A DNA stretch of 11,268 nucleotides from Diplonema japonicum (taxonomy: Eukaryota; Protista; Euglenozoa: Diplonemea). The position numbers were made by a program, and so were the translations under genes. The stretch spans positions 1 through 11,268 of the forward strand of contig OZ025775.1 of assembly GCA_964019335.1 (NCBI GenBank), in the 5' to 3' direction. This document shows positions 1-6,898 of the stretch, one piece after another. Below the pieces are notes generated by a model that saw only the letters and a program-made list of their open reading frames with translations, did no database searches and was not told the DNA's origin. How positions within the stretch are numbered: position 1 is the stretch's first letter; each line of letters begins with the position of its first letter.

Positions 1-138
1 GCCTTTTTCGGCGAAGACCCCCTTCAGGTGCAATCGGCCCCATTTTGCACCCTTTTGCTTATGCTGGGCGTGCGTAGTATGCTACCATTTGCACCCCTTT
101 GGGAGCACAATGTCCCCGTACGCGGCATCAGCCTGTGT

Positions 139-205
139 TACTACTACTATATTACTACCATTATATTATTGCTACTTGCTACTACTACTACTATTATTAT
201 TATTA
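139..205 (+). repeat. Degenerate (TAC)n/(TAT)n trinucleotide tract (copy at 6849-6915)
   Basis: tactactactatattactacca...actactactactattattattatta; produces the poly-L/T/Y runs in the ORF track. Confidence 0.85.
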
Positions 206-1075
206 GTTGGTGTTCTTCCCGATATCCTTTCTGATAAAGTACTAAACAAGTATTCACTAACATATACTTCCCTCGGATGTACCACCAAGACATGCCCTCC
301 AATACTACAGTATACAAGGGTACTTTGGCATCCCCTTAATACTCCGTGATGCCTCAGATATGGAGATGGGTATGCCTGATCACTATTCTCTACTAATATT
401 GTATCCGTGCCTCACCGTGCCCTTTTGGGAAAAGTGCATTTCATTTTCCCAAATTGGGAAATGCCCAATCCCTTGAGTCTTCGAATAAAATGAGGTACCT
501 CCCAATAAAGTGGTATTTCGGGATGCCCCCATTTCTAGGTATCCCACTGGTATTATACTACTACTGCCTGATACACTGTATCCTCATGTATTACCTCTAC
601 ATCTCTATATACACCCTCATCATGATATCATCTCATTACTATTATTATTATTAGTTGGTGTTCTTCCCGATATCCTTTCTGATAAAGTACTAAACAAGTA
701 TTCACTAACATATACTTCCCTCGGATGTACCACCAAGACATGCCCTCCAATACTACAGTATACAAGGGTACTTTGGCATCCCCTTAATACTCCGTGATGC
801 CTCAGATATGGAGATGGGTATGCCTGATCACTATTCTCTACTAATATTGTATCCGTGCCTCACCGTGCCCTTTTGGGAAAAGTGCATTTCATTTTCCCAA
901 ATTGGGAAATGCCCAATCCCTTGAGTCTTCGAATAAAATGAGGTACCTCCCAATAAAGTGGTATTTCGGGATGCCCCCATTTCTAGGTATCCCACTGGTA
1001 TTATACTACTATTACTAGATATTCCCTGTATCCTCATGTATTACCTCTACATCTCTATATACACCCTCATCATGA
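189..1075 (+). repeat. Tandem duplication, 448-bp period (copy A 189-625, copy B 637-1075)
   Basis: 189-563 is identical to 637-1011. After a short divergent patch, 576-625 is identical to 1026-1075. ORF ends 349/797 and starts 510/958 differ by 448. Confidence 0.97.
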
Positions 1076-1477
1076 CCTACCTGATGGCACCTCATTACCC
1101 AGATTCTGGGGATGAGCTGACGGTCTACAGATCCTCTGATTTCCAGAGGGGTCAATATCATAATATCATAATATTCTGTTGTCCGTACATCACCGTGCAT
1201 TCCTGGATATTACTGATTCCATTTCTCCGAATTGCAGTATTACCCAGGCTATTCCCCCGTACGCAGGACTAGATGATGCTCCCTCTACCATCCCCTTTTA
1301 TACTACTACCTTCCGGACCCCAGAGATACTCGGAATCTCCAGATTCCGGGGATCTCGGGTTCCGCCGAGGATGCAAACCCCTCCAGATCTCTCCAAATCC
1401 CCCCTTTTTGGGGTCTTGGGTACCAGAACCTGGTATTTCCTGAGATCCACAGGACCCCAAATCCCCTGTTTATACGA

Positions 1478-1489
1478 GGGTTTGGTGTA
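1478..1489 (+). promoter_or_regulatory. CSB-3/UMS-like dodecamer, possible replication-origin element (copy at 8188-8199)
   Basis: GGGTTTGGTGTA matches 11/12 positions of the kinetoplastid universal minicircle sequence GGGGTTGGTGTA. Canonically spaced CSB-1/CSB-2 are not immediately upstream. Confidence 0.3.
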
Positions 1490-1540
1490 GCAGTACCCTC
1501 ACCACTACCAAATCCCCCTTTAAACCCCTGATCCTGGGAT

Positions 1541-1707
1541 TCTACGGCCCTGTAGCTATGCAATATTGGGACACCTCTCTGGGCTCCTACGGGTGTTTTT
1601 TGCAAATTAACCCGCTACGTCCCAGAGAATATCTACGGCCCTGTAGCCCTCCGATTTCGGAAACCCTTGTGGGACACTACGTAAGAATTATGCAAATTAC
1701 CTCGCTA
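1541..1707 (+). repeat. Degenerate ~90-bp tandem repeat, 2 copies (copy at 8251-8417)
   Basis: TCTACGGCCCTGTAGC at 1541-1556 and 1632-1647; TGGGACAC in both halves; TGCAAATTA(ACC/CCT)CGCTA at 1601-1617 and 1691-1707. Confidence 0.85.
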
Positions 1708-1715
1708 TATCCCCC

Positions 1716-1733
1716 ACGCGCGCGCGCGCGCGT
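1716..1733. repeat. A(CG)8T perfect 18-bp palindrome, alternating purine-pyrimidine tract
   Basis: ACGCGCGCGCGCGCGCGT read directly from the sequence. Confidence 0.95.
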
Positions 1734-1911
1734 AAGGAAAGAGAGTGTTGGGGACTCTGATCTGGGGGTCATAAGGGTGGTTTGGTACAAGACCCTGTTA
1801 TTAGGGCTGTTGCTAAGGTGTCTAATCCCTAGGGTATAAGGTCTTACAACCCAACATAAGGGTTGTAGGGCTGATCATCCTACCCTGCTAGGCTATTATC
1901 TAGGGCTAATG

Positions 1912-1962
1912 TCTGATATCCCTTCTGATTGGTTACCTGGATATGTACTTCCCTCGGATGTC
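1912..1962 (+). repeat. 51-bp direct repeat, left boundary of cassette (copy at 8622-8672)
   Basis: TCTGATATCCCTTCTGATTGGTTACCTGGATATGTACTTCCCTCGGATGTC is identical to 3355-3405. Confidence 0.95.
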
Positions 1963-2025
1963 TCACTAAGATATGCCCTGCTCCACACTACTGTCTGTCA
2001 TAGTTCCTGTCTTATCTCCTGTTAG

Positions 2026-2080
2026 TTATTACTCCACATGTCTACATAGCATACACACTCTCTCCTTATTACTCCACATG
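2026..2080 (+). repeat. 15-bp direct repeat TTATTACTCCACATG, 40-bp period
   Basis: Copies at 2026-2040 and 2066-2080; variant TTATTACTCTCCACAT at 2251-2266. Confidence 0.85.
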
Positions 2081-2151
2081 CTATTAGTTGTACTCCTGTT
2101 AGTACTTCCCGTAGCTCTGTTCCTGGTATCATAGACTACACCACGCACAGG

Positions 2152-2457
2152 ATGTGATATGCACATGCTATCTACATGCGTACCGTGCCCCACATGGATG
2201 TGATGCTTTCCATTATTGTATTACATGGCTTCATGTATTATGCCCACTATTTATTACTCTCCACATCACAGGGTCTAAGTACCCACTCTCTGTACCAACA
2301 GCTGTGCTCCACCTGTGCCTGTTCTACGTACCCATGTGTAGCTATCCTGTTTGGCATTGTTCCATGGACTCACCACATGTACTTACTATGAGTATACTGC
2401 TTCATGGCATCTCCCATATTCCTAGGTACTGCTATTATGTGTATCATGTATCGGTAG
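2152..2457 (+). CDS. Hydrophobic frame read through TGA (Trp); possible gene module of unknown identity (copy at 8862-9167)
   Basis: MWYAHAIYMRTVPHMDVMLSIIVLHGFMYYAHYLLL...AILFGIVPWTHHMYLLWVYCFMASPIFLGTAIMCIMYR*, with two in-frame TGA (2155, 2389) and a Cox1-like WxHHMY. Frame openness is weak evidence in G-poor DNA. Confidence 0.15.
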
Positions 2458-2464
2458 TACGTAG

Positions 2465-2692
2465 CGGAATCCCTGTGGCTGAGTACCACATGTATTAACC
2501 ATTGTTATGCTCAGGATGTACTTCCTACTGTTGGTATGGATACTGTTCCTCGTACTTATTGTTCTATTGTTCTACCACATACTACGTACCTGTATGCTCA
2601 CCACTTCATTATGCATTCCACTGTATGCCAGTGCTTATACGGTTACATACATGTACTACACACTGTACCATCTCCTCACAGCTCTTACTTAG
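2465..2692 (+). CDS. Putative mitochondrial membrane-protein gene fragment, weakly Nad3-like C-terminal part, TGA=Trp (copy at 9175-9402)
   Basis: RNPCGWVPHVLTIVMLRMYFLLLVWILFLVLIVLLFYHILRTC...YTLYHLLTALT*. CG-aromatic-x-P followed by a strong TM helix recalls the Nad3 loop ECGF-x-P plus TMH2. The canonical acidic DLE residues are absent. Similarity judged by eye only. Confidence 0.25.
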
Positions 2693-3354
2693 CACACCAT
2701 ACTTTACCATTGCATATACTCTTATTACACTATCGTAGTACTCCATTATGCTATGCATGCTATCCACGTAATGCACGTAGCTACACATACATGTACGTAC
2801 TTAGTGTATGCTCACCTACTTGTCCTGATACATTGTCTTGCTGTCATACATGCCCTGCTAAGTACAAGCATCGGATGCTCCACCAAGACATGACTACTAG
2901 ATATCATTACTGTACCATCCACTACTCAGTCCCAGAGACCTATCTGTTATACTATCCGTACATTGTTGTGTAGGCTTCGCTTCTGTACATGCACGGGGAT
3001 ATATTCCCTGGACTATCTCTATGCACTACGGTACCTCTGGGCTAATAGGCTGCTGTATAGGGACGACTTCTGCGTCGTCTCTTACGGGTGCACATTACAC
3101 ATGATGCTGTAGACGATGTCACCGTCCCTCATGTCCTCGTTGATGGGTTGTCCACGTAGATATACAGTGGTTCCACTCTGGTGGGAGATAGCTACACACT
3201 GCATACTAGATACTACGAGAGGACTATCCTACAGAGCATTCCCCGGATCTACTGATATTATATTATGTACTTCCTAGATATCCTGTGCTGTACTTTATTA
3301 CTACATTAACCATGGCAGACTATACTGTTGCAATACTGATTAATACAGTGACTA

Positions 3355-3405
3355 TCTGATATCCCTTCTGATTGGTTACCTGGATATGTACTTCCCTCGG
3401 ATGTC
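3355..3405 (+). repeat. 51-bp direct repeat, right boundary of cassette (copy at 10065-10115)
   Basis: Identical to 1912-1962, offset 1443. Confidence 0.95.
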
Positions 3406-3681
3406 CCACCACAGTAGGCCTATCCCTGAGAACCATTAATTCCGGTACGTCACATTGAGGTCGCTACGAAGTCCCGTACGAGTGGCTACCCTCTCCGAAA
3501 CTCTCCTGAACTCCAGCACACTGCGCTTATGCGTGTGCGTGTCGCCCCCGCCCGTGGGTATTGGTCGTCGGGTGCTTCGTCGGGTGGGACTGCTAATCCT
3601 GTGGGCTCCTGGTTAACCGCTTTGGTGGGGTCATCGCTTCATCCCTAGGAGAGGGGACGGTCACAGCGAATGGTGTCTCGG

Positions 3682-3700
3682 CCTACCTGTAACAGGTAGG
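3682..3700. repeat. Perfect 9-bp inverted repeat CCTACCTGT-A-ACAGGTAGG (copy at 10392-10410)
   Basis: Arms are exact reverse complements around a single A. Confidence 0.9.
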
Positions 3701-4922
3701 TGGAGCCCTTTGTGGTAGGTAGGTGTGCGTTGCCTATGCTACTGCCAGTGTGCCTACTCGTATACATACCTTGGTCTATTGGGAACAGTACACTCTCATA
3801 GACGATTGTTCATCAGTTCTGATCTCTAGTGCTTGCGCTACGGATCAGGACATAACACTGCACAGACCGGTAGCTCTGGGCATCTACGTCGGATGACCTG
3901 TACGATTACTAATTGGTAGTGGCTGCGGTTACGTATATCCTACTTGAGAGGTGGTTGTAGGCGTAACCTGGTTGCTATCCGTGTGTGCCGTATCTCATCA
4001 TAGAGTGTGCCTAGCTTTGGGGTGACGCTCCACAGTTCGTGCAGTTATTGGATAGTGCCCGCTGCACCGTTCTGTGATTGCGAAGCACACTGGGCAGAGG
4101 AGTCCTTTCTCTGGCTCCCGACTGGGTCGGATATGTAACAGATACAATGCGCTATAGAACAGGCGTGAGGGTACACGAGGGGCAGTAAGATTATGGGAGG
4201 GCTACGGCCGATCCTGCCCTGGTGCCTGGTGATGATCTGAGCCCCTTAGTGGACCGGGGGTGTAGGATACCTGGCTGCACCGAACCGTAGTTCACAGGCT
4301 GCGGGCTCCCCATGATACTATCAGCGAGCTCCTTGGCGGGACCTATGGACTGTTCCATCTGTAATGACCTGATTGTGTACTTCCCTTAGATATAATGAAT
4401 GGCATTCTCTCTCGACCTCCAGCTGCGAACGTCACGGTATCACATTCCTTTGTTTGTGCTGGGCCGGCTTCCTAATCCGCTACAGATAGTGTTAACGCAG
4501 AGTCCCAAGGGGCTGTATTTACCTCCGACTCCTAGGCAGAGTATGGTAAGGGTCGTGTCAGTTGGGAGCGAGTATGGGTGGGCTCCCTGCAATGACCATT
4601 GAGAGTTGTTCGCACTAGGGGAGCCTTATACGGGTGGAGCTTTATCACAATATACGTACTGGTGTCTCCAGAGGGTATCCGATCTGATCACGTACCTTAA
4701 CCTCTCTAGATTGTACAGCGCGTGTATGTCCTCCTCGCCAAGGGGTGATGTTTAGCAGGCATCAGCTGTGTCGCATATAAGTGCCTAAAGCGGCTCCTCT
4801 TTCATGTACGGAACGTCCACTGTTCGTTAAGACCTTGCTTGATCTCGGCACTACTCCCCCACACCTCATACACATGCTATGAGTATACCCTGATGTATCC
4901 CTAAGAGTTAGTGGTGGTACCA

Positions 4923-5189
4923 CGTTCATGTGCTAAGCTTCGTGATCGAGAAGATGGCTCTGCATGGGTGGAGTAATGTCCCCATTGGCTTGTGTGGAGA
5001 TCAGGCAGTACTAATGCCCCCTCACACTTGCTGGTGGAGCATCCTATGCATCCGTCCTTTTGCGCTGCCAAGTCCGGGCGTAACTTTCCCAGCTAACCGG
5101 TGAGACCACAGCATGTGCACTACTGACTACAACTCCCCTGGGTTATGAGAGGTCCATTTGCGTACATGTGCTAAGCTACGGGATCGAGA
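4923..5189 (+). repeat. 29-bp imperfect direct repeat pair (4923-4951 and 5161-5189)
   Basis: CGTTCATGTGCTAAGCTTCGTGATCGAGA vs CGTACATGTGCTAAGCTACGGGATCGAGA, 3 mismatches, 238 bp apart. Confidence 0.85.
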
Positions 5190-6898
5190 GGAGCGAGATA
5201 CGTTCACATGTCCACGTTACCGTATGACTATCATGTCCTAGTATCTAGCTATTGCTGGCTGCATGGTAGTGTACGGTCTCTTACTTCCTGATGATACAGA
5301 GTAGTGTAGTGCATCGGCCGTGCATGATTACTCATTTATACGAGATCAAGTGGACGGTAATGGGTTAGACGGTAACTGTATCGTGGTAGCTGCACGGAAT
5401 CGGGGGGATGAATAGGCCCCCCGTGGTGCGGTATGGGTTTTACCCGGGGTGGTGTGTGTCAGCGCACGGCATGTAGATGTTAGTACCATCTATGATGCAG
5501 CCATCGCTGGGCCCCTTTTCAGTGGTGACTGGCAGAGCACCCAGGACTCCTTCCCACTTCGGTGGTTCTTTCCCTATCACTCCCTTGCTAGCAGGGAGAT
5601 GGGCCTCTTTGATTGTATTCCTTTGGGTGATAGAGACCAAGGCGGGAACAGTGCTAACCTGTCGCCCTGGCCCGAGAGATAACTGAGTCCGTAACCAGCC
5701 GTGACCAGCCGGAAAGTGCAGAACCTTGCCGACCAGACATGTCAGGGGTTGTGCCAGGGTCCGTATGGTAATTCCCTGTTAACGAGCCTCCTCTTCCTCA
5801 CCATGATCTCACTTAATCAGATACGGTAGCTGTGGGAGGCCCCTACGCGTGTACTCCTGGGGCCTCTGTTCTATGCTGTACTTTGTACAGGCCTGCCACT
5901 CCCAAAGTAAGTCAGTTGGCTCGACGCATCCAGGCTGCTGAACCTGGACCTGCGGCACACTGCACCTAGAACACACATCCTATCCGGACGCGTTCTTCCG
6001 GACTACCCACTGTATGTTATGAGTAGTACAGGACGAGGCGCCTTTAATTGCGACCCCCTGAAGCTAACGGCATACATTTGGACAAAGGATGTTGCTACTT
6101 GGTACACGAGCAGGACTCTTAGCCTCTCGCTCCCCGGACACAGGAGTAAGCGACGGGACCCCACTCACTGTACCTCATGGTAGTAAGTTATCACAAAGAC
6201 CCTGTCGCGCAGGCGTCATCCTCGGGGGAGCCGTGGGTGTTGGGACTCACGGTGAATCACCCTGTATCGAGGTGGGCTTCGGCCGTCTGACACGTTTCAC
6301 GTCCTTTACGAGACGGGTTCGGTACTCCCTGTTGCCATAGCGTGTACTTCCCTCTCAACAAGGGATTGCATGCCGTACGCAGGTCTGGGTACCACCGCAC
6401 CGCTATTCCCCTAATCACTGCAACGTAACCCCTGACGTGCGGGGTATAGTGAGGGAGTCGAGTCTCCGTGCGTCCATGCCTAACCAGCGGAAGGCGCAAC
6501 CACCGGAGCTCTGAATAGCACTACACGGGCTGAAGGTTCTCTTATTAATGTGGTTAGAGGATCTTCAGGGGGTGATGGTCTACCACCCACCTTAGCGGGT
6601 TACAGTGATTGCTTCCCTTGTGCAGTGACAGTTCCTGCCGGGACCACGTATTCGCCCCTTGACCTCAGGGTAGGGCAATTTGTGGGTGGGGACCCGTTTC
6701 GCCTAAAAACGCCTTTTTCGGCGAAGACCCCCTTCAGGTGCAATCGGCCCCATTTTGCACCCTTTTGCTTATGCTGGGCGTGCGTAGTATGCTACCATTT
6801 GCACCCCTTTGGGAGCACAATGTCCCCGTACGCGGCATCAGCCTGTGTTACTACTACTATATTACTACCATTATATTATTGCTACTTGCTACTACTAC

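Larger units (their letters stand above)
1963..3354 (+). other. Candidate cassette: compositionally distinct G-poor, C/A/T-rich segment between the 51-bp repeats (copy at 8673-10064)
   Basis: Visible G and AA depletion, strongest at 1963-2990; long stop-poor hydrophobic frames on the + strand; bounded by exact direct repeats. Confidence 0.45.
1..6710. other. One complete 6,710-bp unit, probably a small circular and mostly non-coding chromosome (candidate diplonemid-type mitochondrial chromosome or large kinetoplastid-type minicircle)
   Basis: Sequence restarts exactly at 6711 (gcctttttcggcgaagacccc), and repeated ORFs recur at +6710. No replicon or phage genes. Size, low coding content and a repeat-bounded cassette match known diplonemid mt chromosomes (about 6-7 kb circles in Diplonema papillatum). 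The periodicity is certain; the identity is inferred. Confidence 0.6.

Noticed and set aside
28-1272. Overlapping ORFs with poly-Leu/Thr/Tyr runs that look like membrane proteins
   Set aside because: They arise from the TAC/TAT microsatellite and the 448-bp duplication, occur in several frames and show no family motif.
1951-1962. CCCTCGGATGTC resembling the LSU rRNA peptidyl-transferase word ACCTCGATGTCGG
   Set aside because: Imperfect match inside a multi-copy repeat, with no neighbouring rRNA motifs.
2730-2790. HAIHV as a Cox3 HGxHV motif
   Set aside because: The Gly and the downstream YWHFVD-type motif are missing, and His is very frequent here.
2536-2973. 145-aa His/Cys-rich ORF as a metal-binding or Nad8-like protein
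   Set aside because: No CxxCxxCxxxCP motif; the His/Cys/Tyr richness and length follow from the G-poor composition.
221-3405. Dispersed repeats as a CRISPR array
   Set aside because: Spacing is hundreds of bp and irregular, and there are no cas genes.
1912-3405. LTR element or IS bounded by direct repeats
   Set aside because: No transposase, integrase or RT, no terminal inverted repeats and no TG...CA ends.
4399-6499. Short ORFs of 66-83 aa on both strands
   Set aside because: Lengths are as expected by chance, with no recognisable motifs and mutual overlaps.
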